Shown here: positions 20,660 through 29,689 of the stretch, piece by piece
Layout: each line of letters opens with the position of its first letter
How positions within the stretch are numbered: the stretch's first letter is position 1
Source of the DNA: an uncultured delta proteobacterium
Lineage (GTDB): Bacteria > Desulfobacterota > Desulfobacteria > Desulfobacterales > UBA2156
Assembly: GCA_963736855.1 (NCBI GenBank)
Contig: CAVTQK010000009.1
Span: 192,001 to 256,000 of the forward strand
Length of the DNA: 64,000 nt
Reading direction: 5' to 3'
Notes under the pieces: generated by a model
What the model was told of the DNA's origin: nothing
The model's database searches: none
Seen by the model: the letters and a program-made list of their open reading frames with translations, nothing else
Made by a program: the position numbers and the translations under genes

Positions 20660-21837
20660 GTATTTTTCCCCGCAACGCACAGATGCTCCAATACGACCTT
20701 GCGCATCTCAGCCACAGGAGCCTTTTGACCGGTCCATAATTCGAATTGCCGGGCGCCCTGATGGACGAACATAGAGACACCGTCGATGGGGATCGCCCCG
20801 TGTTTTTCCGCCGCCTGGAGCAGCCTTGTCCGGACCGGATTGTAAACGATATCCATGACCACGCTGCCCGGCCGTATCGCCTTTTCCGGAATCGGCATCT
20901 CTGCTTCATGGGGCCACATCCCCACCGGAGTGGCATGGATCAGAATATCCGGGTCCTTGCCGTCGAATTCCGACAGCAAGCGGAAGTCGGCCCCTAGGTT
21001 GCGGGCCAGCGCTTCTCCCTTGGTCCTGGAACGGTTGTAAAGAATCAGCTGCGCCCCGAAGCGGACGAGTTCCAAGCCGATAGCCCGGGCTGCGCCCCCG
21101 GCTCCGATGATCGCCACGATCTTCCCTTTGACCGGCGTCTTTTCGAGCAAAGCCCTTATCGAGGCCTCGCCGTCCGTATTATATCCGATCAGGCGTCCCC
21201 CATGATTCAAAATCGTGTTTACAGCTCCGGCCGATTCGGCCGATTCATGGAGTTCGTCCAGATACTCCATGACGGCGATTTTAAAAGGAAGTGTCACACT
21301 GATCCCTTTCGCATAGAGGCTTCTTAATCCTTGGATAGCCGTAGCAATTTCCTTTACCTGAAACGCCAGGTAGACGCCGTTATATCCCGTCACTTGCATA
21401 GCTCGGTTGTGCATGACAGGGCTCAGGCTGTGGAATACCGGGTTCCCGATGACGCCAAAAAGCTCTGTCCGGGCATCTGCCGGATGCAGATTGCAGGATA
21501 TGGGTCTTTCGCTTTTCTCCGGCCTCGGATCACGACAGTTCGATCCGTTTTCTTCCTGGACCGCGCGGGAAGCGTCTATGAGGATGCGCATGATTCGTTC
21601 CAGGTGGTCCTCTTTCAAAGGTCCCCGGTTTTTAGACGCCAGGCACCTGACAATCTCTTCTTCCCGTTTGGGATCGATAACGACATCTCCACATTGCTTC
21701 TTGAGCTTCCCGATCCTTCCGGCGATCCGGAGTCGACGATTGGCCAGTTCCAGAATCTTTTCGTCGATGGCGTCGATGGATTTACGCAGATCCGACAGAC
21801 TGCCAAGCCCGTCCAGATGGTCTTTAGGATTTTCCAT
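20656..21837 (-). CDS. aroE: Chorismate mutase (type II, AroQ-class) fused to shikimate dehydrogenase
   Basis: N-terminal LRKSIDAID..RR..IGKLK..DPKREEE..ASRAVQ; C-terminal HSLSPVMHN, SVTLPFK, GAVNT, NTD and GAGGAA. Confidence 0.92.
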   Translation of the reverse strand: MENPKDHLDGLGSLSDLRKSIDAIDEKILELANRRLRIAGRIGKLKKQCGDVVIDPKREEEIVRCLASKNRGPLKEDHLERIMRILIDASRAVQEENGSNCRDPRPEKSERPISCNLHPADARTELFGVIGNPVFHSLSPVMHNRAMQVTGYNGVYLAFQVKEIATAIQGLRSLYAKGISVTLPFKIAVMEYLDELHESAESAGAVNTILNHGGRLIGYNTDGEASIRALLEKTPVKGKIVAIIGAGGAARAIGLELVRFGAQLILYNRSRTKGEALARNLGADFRLLSEFDGKDPDILIHATPVGMWPHEAEMPIPEKAIRPGSVVMDIVYNPVRTRLLQAAEKHGAIPIDGVSMFVHQGARQFELWTGQKAPVAEMRKVVLEHLCVAGKNT

Positions 21838-22861
21838 GGATATCCGACATCAACCGTTTCAGTTTTTCCATTGAAATGCGTTCAACCCGGGCCTCTCCGA
21901 GTCGGTTTAAAAACACGAAGTGAATCCCATCTCCTTCGCGTTTCTTGTCCTTTCCGAGCACTGGAAATAAGCGATCACTCTCCAAATCGATGGCTACAGG
22001 CAGGTCCAAACGTTGCAAGAGTCGGATCAGCCGCTGGACCTCGGTTTTACTTAAAGATCCTTCTTGAACCGAAACCCCGGCAGCCATGACCATGCCGATG
22101 CTCACCGCATGGCCGTGAGGCAAGCCCGTGATTGTCTCAATGGCATGGCCGAACGTGTGGCCGAAATTCAGCTTTCGGCGTTCTCCGGCTTCCCTTTCAT
22201 CGGCCTCGACGATCGATGCCTTGATCTGAACGGATTCATAAATCAGTTTCTCAAGAATCGGGGGCTCCAAGGCCAAAATTTCATGCGCGTGGTTTTCCAT
22301 GAAGCTCAACAAGGGTTCATGAGCAATGGCCGCGTGTTTGACGATCTCGGCCAACCCACAAGACACTTCCTTTTCAGGCAATGTTTTTAACACTAAAGGA
22401 TCACACAGGACGAATTCCGGCTGACGGATGGTCCCCACCATATTCTTGTAGCCTTCGAAATTCACCCCGTTTTTTCCTCCGATGGCGGCGTCCACCTGGG
22501 CCAAAAGGGTCGTTGCAACAAGACCGAACCGGACGCCCCGCAGGAAAGTCGAGGCTGTAAATCCCGCCACATCACAAACGATCCCTCCGCCGATACCCAC
22601 CATAAAACTGGAGCGGTCCGCCTGCAGCCGGATGAGTCGGTCATAAAGATCGTAAACGGTCTTTAAAGTTTTAGCGGATTCTCCGATGCCGATCGGAATT
22701 ACCTGTCCCTTTGGAAACCGATTTCCATAATACTTTTGCACCGTGGAATCCGTGATGAGGATGGGATTTTCGACGGGGATATGCCGGGCCAGATCAACGA
22801 GCCCTTCGCCGATCAAAAGACGTGAGGAATTCGGATATCCTTTTAATTGAATTGTCGGCAT
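21824..22861 (-). CDS. aroB: 3-dehydroquinate synthase
   Basis: GGGIVCD, TTLLAQVDAAIGGK and LNFGHTFGHA motifs. Confidence 0.96.
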   Translation of the reverse strand: MPTIQLKGYPNSSRLLIGEGLVDLARHIPVENPILITDSTVQKYYGNRFPKGQVIPIGIGESAKTLKTVYDLYDRLIRLQADRSSFMVGIGGGIVCDVAGFTASTFLRGVRFGLVATTLLAQVDAAIGGKNGVNFEGYKNMVGTIRQPEFVLCDPLVLKTLPEKEVSCGLAEIVKHAAIAHEPLLSFMENHAHEILALEPPILEKLIYESVQIKASIVEADEREAGERRKLNFGHTFGHAIETITGLPHGHAVSIGMVMAAGVSVQEGSLSKTEVQRLIRLLQRLDLPVAIDLESDRLFPVLGKDKKREGDGIHFVFLNRLGEARVERISMEKLKRLMSDIHGKS

Positions 22862-22866
22862 TGCTT

Positions 22867-23925
22867 TTAGGCTCTTGATGAGGTCTGCATCAAACGATCG
22901 TGCGTGTTCGTAATGAGTGCTTCCGTCGTTTCCCATGAGATGCATTCATCGGTAATCGATACGCCGTACCGGAGGGTGCTCCAGTCGCCGTTGAACGTCT
23001 GGTTTCCTTCATGCAAATTGCTTTCGAGCATGAGCCCGATGACGGCCTCGCTTCCGGCAAGGCACTGGGCGATGACGTTTTTCCATACTACGGGTTGTCC
23101 CTGATATTTTTTCATGCAGTTGCCATGGGAACAATCCACTATGACGGCCTCAGGCAGCCCTTTTTCGATCAGTTTCAACCGGGCCTCTTCAATGGTGATG
23201 GGGTCGTAGTTTGGCCGCTTTCCCCCTCTCAAGACGATGTGGCCCCAGGGATTGCCGGCCGTTTTCACGACACACGTAGTGCCTTCCTGATCGATTCCCA
23301 GAAAACTTTGGGGGGCCTTCGCCGCAAGCATCGCATTAATGGCCGAGGTCGTATTCCCGTCGGTACCGTTCTTGAAGCCTACCGGCATGGACAGGCCGCT
23401 GGCCATTTCCCGGTGGGTTTGAGATTCAATGGTGCGTGCTCCCACCGCGGCCCAACAGATTAAATCGGCTACGTATTGAGGGGTGATGGGGTCTAAAAAT
23501 TCGGTGGCGGTGGGAAGTCCCATTTCGGTGACCCGAAGCAACAGCCACCGGGCCATGCGCAATCCCTCCGACATATTGCAGGTTCCGTCCAGAGAAGGAT
23601 CGTTGATGAAGCCTTTCCAGCCGATCGTAGTACGCGGTTTTTCAAAATAGACCCTCATCACCAGAAAGAGGGTCTTTTCAACCTTCTCCTTTAAAACAGA
23701 TAGTCTCTGGGCATATTCCAGGGCGGTCTTTTCATCATGGATGGAGCACGGGCCAACAATCACCAAAAGCCGCTTATCTCTTTTGGAAAGTATACCCTCG
23801 ATGGATTCTCGCCCCCGGTGCACGCAATCGACCGCCCGATCGCTGAGCGGCATCTGTTTCTTTAAGACACTTGGAATCATCAACGGATGGTACCCTTTCA
23901 CCCTCAGGTCTTCTGTTGATTTCAT
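22867..23925 (-). CDS. DAHP synthase, class I-alpha (AroF/G/H type)
   Basis: VGPCSIHD, RVYFEKPRT, VGART.ESQ.HR, DCSHGN and GVSITD.C motifs; paralog identity cannot be assigned. Confidence 0.95.
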   Translation of the reverse strand: MKSTEDLRVKGYHPLMIPSVLKKQMPLSDRAVDCVHRGRESIEGILSKRDKRLLVIVGPCSIHDEKTALEYAQRLSVLKEKVEKTLFLVMRVYFEKPRTTIGWKGFINDPSLDGTCNMSEGLRMARWLLLRVTEMGLPTATEFLDPITPQYVADLICWAAVGARTIESQTHREMASGLSMPVGFKNGTDGNTTSAINAMLAAKAPQSFLGIDQEGTTCVVKTAGNPWGHIVLRGGKRPNYDPITIEEARLKLIEKGLPEAVIVDCSHGNCMKKYQGQPVVWKNVIAQCLAGSEAVIGLMLESNLHEGNQTFNGDWSTLRYGVSITDECISWETTEALITNTHDRLMQTSSRA

Positions 23926-23993
23926 AATACACACCCTTTGCCGCTTGTTTTTTCGTTGAAAAATCGGATCACGCATGATCCCCATGAAGCCCT

Positions 23994-24043
23994 AAAAAGC
24001 AAAAAAGCCGTGGGGGCTTTTTTCATCCACCCACGGCTTTTTT
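23994..24043 (-). terminator. Attenuator terminator of the aro operon
   Basis: mRNA AAAAAAGCCGUGGG-(15 nt)-CCCACGGCUUUUUU then GCUUUUU; perfect 14-bp inverted repeat at 24001-24014 and 24030-24043. Confidence 0.9.
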
Positions 24044-24060
24044 CTTAAAAGGCTATGCCA

Positions 24061-24132
24061 TCAATCCATGGGCAGATGTCTCCTGCTAAAATAAAACCAA
24101 TAAAAATTCTGCCAGGATCGATAAATATACAT
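24061..24132 (-). CDS. Aromatic-rich leader peptide MYIYRSWQNFYWFYFSRRHLPMD (23 aa)
   Basis: AAAGGA RBS before ATG 24132; 9 of codons 2-15 are Tyr/Phe/Trp; overlaps the antiterminator arm at 24066-24078. Confidence 0.9.
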   Translation of the reverse strand: MYIYRSWQNFYWFYFSRRHLPMD

Positions 24133-24161
24133 TATAAGATTCCTTTAACTGATGATGGACC

Positions 24162-24189
24162 TTTATATGAGCGTCGATCCCCCTGTCAA
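24162..24189 (-). promoter_or_regulatory. sigma70-type promoter of the aro leader
   Basis: TTGACA-N16-TATAAA about 30 nt upstream of the leader ATG. Confidence 0.7.
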
Positions 24190-24375
24190 GAGAAAAATGT
24201 ACTTTGTAAAAAATTCTCTGAAAATTCCGAACCGTTTCATACGGATTTAAGATGAACAGGACTTGCAGGTCTTAGGAAGTGGAAACATACCATTCGCATG
24301 CTGTTGTCGATAGGGAGCGGGGTTGGCTTGGTGTCAATAGGTCGAGGACCAGCGACTTTTTCTGGGAGAGGAGAA

Positions 24376-24407
24376 AGCCCCAAGAAGGGATTTTCCTTCT
24401 TGGGGCT
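24376..24407 (-). terminator. Hairpin after the lipoprotein gene (probable terminator)
   Basis: Perfect 13-bp stem AGCCCCAAGAAGG/CCTTCTTGGGGCT just after the stop at 24425. Confidence 0.7.
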
Positions 24408-24424
24408 GGAAAGTTAAAAGCAGT

Positions 24425-25057
24425 TTATTTTTTCTTTTGGGGTAGTTTGGTGGCGGCAGCCTTTATCAATTCTTCAGCCTTGACCTTGGCGTCGGCGATT
24501 CCCTGCTCCAACTGTCCGAGCTGATCTTTGATCGCGGTGGCTTTACCCTTGACTTCATTAAATTTTCCTTCGGAAATCATCCCGCTTAACTCGCCGATCT
24601 CCGTTTCTGCCGCAACCAGTTGATCTTTAATGGGTTGCAGCAAGTCAGCGGGTATCTTTGCAGCCTCCGCCTCCGTAATGAGACCTTTCGCTTTTTCAAC
24701 TCCCTGGTTGATTTCATTCACAAGGGCATCGGAGGTTTCCTTGGCTTTTGCCTTCCCCGCCTCGATGGCCGCTTTTGCTTTATCAGCGGCGTCTTTTACC
24801 TGAATTGCAGTTTGCTTTGCCGCTTTATAATCCTTCTTTTCAATCTGCGAATCCAGTTTGACCATCAAATCCTGTGCCGCTTTCAACGCATCGGGAGCGA
24901 ACTGTTCCGCTCCACCGGATATGGCCGCCTGGAGGGCTGCCTTGGATGCATCAATTTCTTGTTTCGGCGGTTGGCCTCCGCAAGCTGAAATGAAGGCGAT
25001 CGTCAGTATACAGCAGAAAAATACGCTTAATTTCCGGATGAAACTTTCCCTTTTCAT
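24425..25057 (-). CDS. Alanine/lysine-rich coiled-coil lipoprotein (DUF4398-like N-terminus)
   Basis: Lipobox ISA-C; PP.QEI..A..AL..A...GA..FAP pattern. Confidence 0.75.
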   Translation of the reverse strand: MKRESFIRKLSVFFCCILTIAFISACGGQPPKQEIDASKAALQAAISGGAEQFAPDALKAAQDLMVKLDSQIEKKDYKAAKQTAIQVKDAADKAKAAIEAGKAKAKETSDALVNEINQGVEKAKGLITEAEAAKIPADLLQPIKDQLVAAETEIGELSGMISEGKFNEVKGKATAIKDQLGQLEQGIADAKVKAEELIKAAATKLPQKKK

Positions 25058-25375
25058 TGTGATCTTCCTTTCGCAATTTATAATGGTTACAGTTACATAA
25101 AACGACCGGGATCTGGATTTAAAAAAATAGATTCGGAGGGGGCCTTTCCTGCATGACCTTGGAATTTCGAATGAATAAAAGCATGAGAAGTATCCATGAA
25201 AAGCAGGTTGTTGAAGCTTCCATCTTTATCCGTTTCAATCAGTTGCTCAGGCTAAATACACCTATCAAGAATTAAGAGTCAAGTTTATTAAGATTCAATA
25301 GCGGCAGACGGCTTGAGTCCTTAGCCGAATTGGTTCAGCCGTCCGGTTTTCATGCACACTGAAAAAGCTTCTTCC

Positions 25376-25753
25376 CTATTTTCCACAGATCGCTGAAATC
25401 TCAACCCGTGCATCCTTGGGAAGCCGGGAGACTTCTACGGTTTCCCTGGCTGGAGGATTGTCCCCGAAATGCCTGTCATAGACGGCGTTAAATCGGGCAA
25501 AATCGTTCATATCAGCCAAAAAACAGCTGCATTTCAACACATTCTGCAGAGTCAAATCCGCCGCCTCGATGATGGCCTTGAGGTTTTTTAGAACCTGTTC
25601 GGTCTGCTTTTCAATATCTCCCTGGATGAGATTTCCGGTTCCGGGATCGATGGCAATCTGACCCGAGACGAAAAGGAGTCCTCCGCAAACGACAGCCTGG
25701 GAATATGGACCGATGGCTGCCGGCGCCTTATCCGTGGCAATGATCTTTTTCAT
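25376..25753 (-). CDS. ridA: RidA/YjgF enamine-imine deaminase
   Basis: APAAIGPYSQA, SGQI, PAR and VEI motifs; GGAG RBS. Confidence 0.93.
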   Translation of the reverse strand: MKKIIATDKAPAAIGPYSQAVVCGGLLFVSGQIAIDPGTGNLIQGDIEKQTEQVLKNLKAIIEAADLTLQNVLKCSCFLADMNDFARFNAVYDRHFGDNPPARETVEVSRLPKDARVEISAICGK

Positions 25754-25887
25754 ACTCTCCACCCTTTGCCTCTGGATGTGATACCTATGCACCAATATTC
25801 CCTTCAACCATAAGAACATCTATTTTTCAAGACCTATTGCAAGATTTTTCCCCTCACTTGTTTGCTGATCGGTTGCAAGGTTAAAAT

Positions 25888-26042
25888 TGATGGCTTCGTA
25901 AAAAGTCCATCTGCCGCGTTTCACTGCATCCTTCGTCATTGCGGCGTACCCATATGTACACCTCATTCCTCAGGATTTGCGCGCCTTGCATCTGAAGCTT
26001 TTTACTTTGCCATCCTAATTTTGAGTTTTTACGATTTCATCA
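25888..26042. mobile_element. MITE copy 2 (155 bp), TSD AAAT
   Basis: Same termini as copy 1; AAAT at 25884-25887 and 26043-26046. Confidence 0.8.
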
Positions 26043-26123
26043 AAATTGCCGTGCTGAAAAAAACTCAGACAGATTCTTCCGGGTCGTTGTAGGGTTCAGA
26101 AATGACACCCCGGACAAAGCGGG

Positions 26124-27743
26124 CTAATCGTACAAACGGGTCAGTTCATCCCGTTCAAAACAGGGCCAGGCCACACGGGTCCCGCCGGATACCGCTTCCA
26201 CGCCCAAGCCCGTCTCCAGAACCTCACCGATACAAGCAACCGGAACCCCGGCCTCCTCTATCCCTTTTATTAGTTTTTCAAAATCCACCGGGCTGCAGGC
26301 GATGAGCAGGCTCCCCGAACCGATGAGTCCCAAGGGGTCTAGTCCCAGGACCCGACAGATTTTTTCGGTTTCCGGAAAGACGGGAATTTTATCCACCTCG
26401 ATGCGGAGGCGGTGCCCACCGGCTGCACTCAGCTCGGCTGCCGCCGTTGCCGCACCCCCCTCGGTGATGTCGTGCATGGCATGAACCCCTTTGAAACCGG
26501 ATGCGATAGCAGCCTCCTTCAGGATGCTGATCCCTGAAATCAGATTCCGACATTTTTGGATCTCTTCTTGCGTCATTCCGGATTCTGCCAGTCGATCCGG
26601 AAATTCGCGGGCAATGATGGCCGTTCCTTCTAAAGCCACCGACTTGGTGAATAACAGCAGATCACCGGTTTTCATATTTTTCTTGTCGATGAACCGAGCA
26701 CTGGAAACGGTCCCTACCACCATCCCCGTCACCACGGGCCGAGTCACGGCATCGGTGATCTCCGTGTGACCTCCGACCAGGGCGATTCCGCACTCCCGGG
26801 CGACCCCGGCCAGTTCCGTCATCACTCCCCGGATCTCCCAGGGAGTCACATGAAGGGGAAACAGCAGCGTTGTCAATAACCAGCGGGGGGTTGCTCCGCA
26901 GGTGGCGATGTCATTGGCATTAGCTGCAACCGCGTAGCGACCCATGGATTCGGTGACAAAGGTGATGGGATCTGATTTGAGAACGATCAAATCCATCGCG
27001 GACCCGTCAACCACCGCCACATCTTCGCCCACTCCGGGAAAAAGTACCACCGAGGGATCGTCACGGGGCAGGATTTTGAGAAAGGTGTCCAGAATGTCGT
27101 TGGGGAGTTTGCCGGCTGTCAGAGGGAGTCCCAGGCGCACGATTCCGGCAAGTTCCGCAAGGCTGGAGATGGTGAAATCACTTTGGAGATCATCGGGGAT
27201 TTGCTTATCTTTGCTTTTCAACAAAGCCGTCCAGGCCCCTGCACGATTTCCGGCCTCTACGTCAAAAATATAATCTCCTACCATGAGAGTCTGCCAAACT
27301 TCGGCATTCAACCTTTGGGCGGCGAGGAACACCGAGTCCGGACTCGGTTTAGGTGCCACCGATTCTTCCCTTGAAAGGATAACGTCGAAATCCGAAGCGC
27401 TTAGATTTTCAAAGTTTTCAAGGCTGCGCAGGATGGAGCGCCTGCTGTTGCGGCTGATGATACTGATTTTCAGACCAATGGCCTTGAGGGTCCGGATCAA
27501 GTCCTCGGCTCCTTCATTCGGAACGGCTCGGATCGCTGCTTGCGCTTCGAATTCGTCCAGCATCCGATGAGCCCTTTCTCTTTCGAAGGCCGTGGGAAGA
27601 GATGCAATAAACTCCAACAACGGCTGGTCTAAAGGACATCCGATAGCCTTTTTAATGCCGGGAAAATCGAGGGCACCCGGCCTGGTGAGGGTACCGTCGA
27701 AGTCAAAAAGAACCGCTTTAAGTCTGAAGGACTTGGGCTTCAT
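26124..27743 (-). CDS. HAD-family hydrolase fused to an AIR synthase-like (PurM/HypE/ThiL fold) domain
   Basis: N-terminal DFDGTL, KP.P and VGD..FD; C-terminal GKLP..PGVGED, DPITF, NANDIA, GGHTE and MHDITEGG. Confidence 0.85.
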   Translation of the reverse strand: MKPKSFRLKAVLFDFDGTLTRPGALDFPGIKKAIGCPLDQPLLEFIASLPTAFERERAHRMLDEFEAQAAIRAVPNEGAEDLIRTLKAIGLKISIISRNSRRSILRSLENFENLSASDFDVILSREESVAPKPSPDSVFLAAQRLNAEVWQTLMVGDYIFDVEAGNRAGAWTALLKSKDKQIPDDLQSDFTISSLAELAGIVRLGLPLTAGKLPNDILDTFLKILPRDDPSVVLFPGVGEDVAVVDGSAMDLIVLKSDPITFVTESMGRYAVAANANDIATCGATPRWLLTTLLFPLHVTPWEIRGVMTELAGVARECGIALVGGHTEITDAVTRPVVTGMVVGTVSSARFIDKKNMKTGDLLLFTKSVALEGTAIIAREFPDRLAESGMTQEEIQKCRNLISGISILKEAAIASGFKGVHAMHDITEGGAATAAAELSAAGGHRLRIEVDKIPVFPETEKICRVLGLDPLGLIGSGSLLIACSPVDFEKLIKGIEEAGVPVACIGEVLETGLGVEAVSGGTRVAWPCFERDELTRLYD

Positions 27744-27794
27744 TGGTATAATTTCGCAGAAAACGTTTTCCCTATCCGGCCGACAGAAGTTTTC

Positions 27795-28571
27795 TTAATT
27801 CAGGATCTGGCTTAAAAAAAGTCGGGTCCGCTCATGGCGGGGATTCTTGAAAAATTCATCGGGGGTATTTCCTTCTACGATCTGTCCGTAATCCATGAAA
27901 AGTACCCGGTGCGCCACGCTTTTCGCAAACCCCATTTCATGGGTGACCACGATCATGGTCATCCCTTCCCGGGCCAGCTCGATCATGACATCGAGAACCT
28001 CCTTGATCATTTCAGGGTCCAAAGCTGAGGTCGGTTCGTCGAAAAGCATCACCTTAGGGCTCATGCACAAACTCCGAGCGATGGCCACACGCTGCTGTTG
28101 CCCGCCGGAAAGCTGCCCTGGATATTTTTGCGCCTGGTCTGCAATATGGACCTTTTCCAGGACATGCATGGCCAGATCCTCGGCATCTTTTTTCGGTGTC
28201 TTGCGCACCCAGATAGGGCCCAGCGTGAGGTTGTCCAGGATGGTCAGGTGTGGAAACAGGTTGAAGTGCTGAAATACCATTCCCACTTCCTGCCGAATGC
28301 GTTCGATATTCTTCAGGTTATTGATCAATTCGATGCCGTCCACAACGATTTTACCGCGCTGATGTTCCTCCAGACGATTGATGCACCGGATCAGAGTGGA
28401 TTTCCCCGATCCGGATGGACCGCAGATCACAATTCGTTCCTGCTTTTCAACGGTCAGATCGATCCCCTTAAGCACATGAAATTCGCCGAACCATTTGTGC
28501 ATTCCGACGATCTCGATCATAACCTCTTTTCCAGAGGGCTGACTCTCGGGTGTGCCTGGCAGTCGATTCAT
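27795..28571 (-). CDS. Polar amino acid ABC transporter, ATP-binding subunit (AapP/BztD type)
   Basis: [16 protein letters not shown] and [11 protein letters not shown] motifs. Confidence 0.93.
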   Translation of the reverse strand: MNRLPGTPESQPSGKEVMIEIVGMHKWFGEFHVLKGIDLTVEKQERIVICGPSGSGKSTLIRCINRLEEHQRGKIVVDGIELINNLKNIERIRQEVGMVFQHFNLFPHLTILDNLTLGPIWVRKTPKKDAEDLAMHVLEKVHIADQAQKYPGQLSGGQQQRVAIARSLCMSPKVMLFDEPTSALDPEMIKEVLDVMIELAREGMTMIVVTHEMGFAKSVAHRVLFMDYGQIVEGNTPDEFFKNPRHERTRLFLSQILN

Positions 28572-28591
28572 GCTCTTCCTTTTGAAAGCGG

Positions 28592-29686
28592 TTATCGTCC
28601 GGTGGAAAGTTCCTTTTCCAGTTTTCGACTGTAATTAGCCATGGAAAAACAGCCCAGGAAATACAAGATGGCGATAAATATATAAGCCTCCTTGCTGAAT
28701 CCCATCCACTCAGGGTTGGACAGCACCGATTGGGTCGTCTTCAGCAGATCGAAGAGTGCGATGATCACCACCAGGGATGTATCTTTGAATGCGGAGATCA
28801 GGATGCTTACCGTCGGCGGAATCACGATCTTGAGTGCCTGAGGCAGGATAACCAGCCGCATGGTCAAATAGTAATTCAATCCGATGGAATCCGCCGCCTC
28901 ATATTGGCCTCGGGACATCCCCTGCAACCCGCCCCGAACGACTTCGGCGATATAGGCCGCTGTAAAAAGGATGATGGCAACCTGAGCCCTCAGGATCTTG
29001 TCGATGGTGATCCCTTCCGGTAAAAAAAGCGGGAAGATGATGGAACCCATGAAGAGAAGGCTGATGAGGGGAACGCCCCGGATCAGTTCGATATAGACCA
29101 CGCAAAGGGATTTGATCATGGGCATCTTAGACCGTCGACCCAGCGCCAGGAGAATCCCCAGCGGATATGCAGCCGTAAGCCCGAAAACCGACAAAAGGAG
29201 CGTCAAAGGCAATCCACCCCATTTGGCACTCTCCACCTCGGAAAGTCCGAAAAACCCACCTTTCATGAGGAATCCCATGGCCAAAAGTCCGAAAAGCCAG
29301 GCATATCCTAAACGCTTGCTCCAGCGGCTTCTATCGTGGCTATAGAAAAGTAGTCCAAAGAGGATCAGCATCGCTGCGAGGGGCCGCCATTGCTGGTTGT
29401 AAGGGTAAAATCCGAACAGGATAAACCGTAAATTAGACGTAATAATAGACCAGCAGGCGCCGGTGACCTGACGGCATTCCTGGGATGAACCGACCCATAC
29501 ACTGTCAATGAACATCCATCGAAAAAGCGGGGGGATGACCCGGTACAGGAAATACATGATCAGCAGGGTCAGAAGGGTGTTCAACCACCCATCGAAGAGA
29601 TTCTGCCTGATCCAGCCGATCATACCTACGCTGGTCACCGGCGGTTTGATTTCGCTATCCCGGCTTCGCGGCGTTTCAGGTTGCAT
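28592..29686 (-). CDS. Amino acid ABC transporter permease (AapM/BztC type)
   Basis: [20 protein letters not shown] and FKDTSL motifs. Confidence 0.92.
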   Translation of the reverse strand: MQPETPRSRDSEIKPPVTSVGMIGWIRQNLFDGWLNTLLTLLIMYFLYRVIPPLFRWMFIDSVWVGSSQECRQVTGACWSIITSNLRFILFGFYPYNQQWRPLAAMLILFGLLFYSHDRSRWSKRLGYAWLFGLLAMGFLMKGGFFGLSEVESAKWGGLPLTLLLSVFGLTAAYPLGILLALGRRSKMPMIKSLCVVYIELIRGVPLISLLFMGSIIFPLFLPEGITIDKILRAQVAIILFTAAYIAEVVRGGLQGMSRGQYEAADSIGLNYYLTMRLVILPQALKIVIPPTVSILISAFKDTSLVVIIALFDLLKTTQSVLSNPEWMGFSKEAYIFIAILYFLGCFSMANYSRKLEKELSTGR

Positions 29687-29689
29687 TTT

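Noticed and set aside
25862..26092. Short ORFs overlapping the repeats (DGFVKSP-type; also 52305-52550, 52714-52951 and the 5' part of 53026-53229)
   Set aside because: They are translations of MITE sequence.
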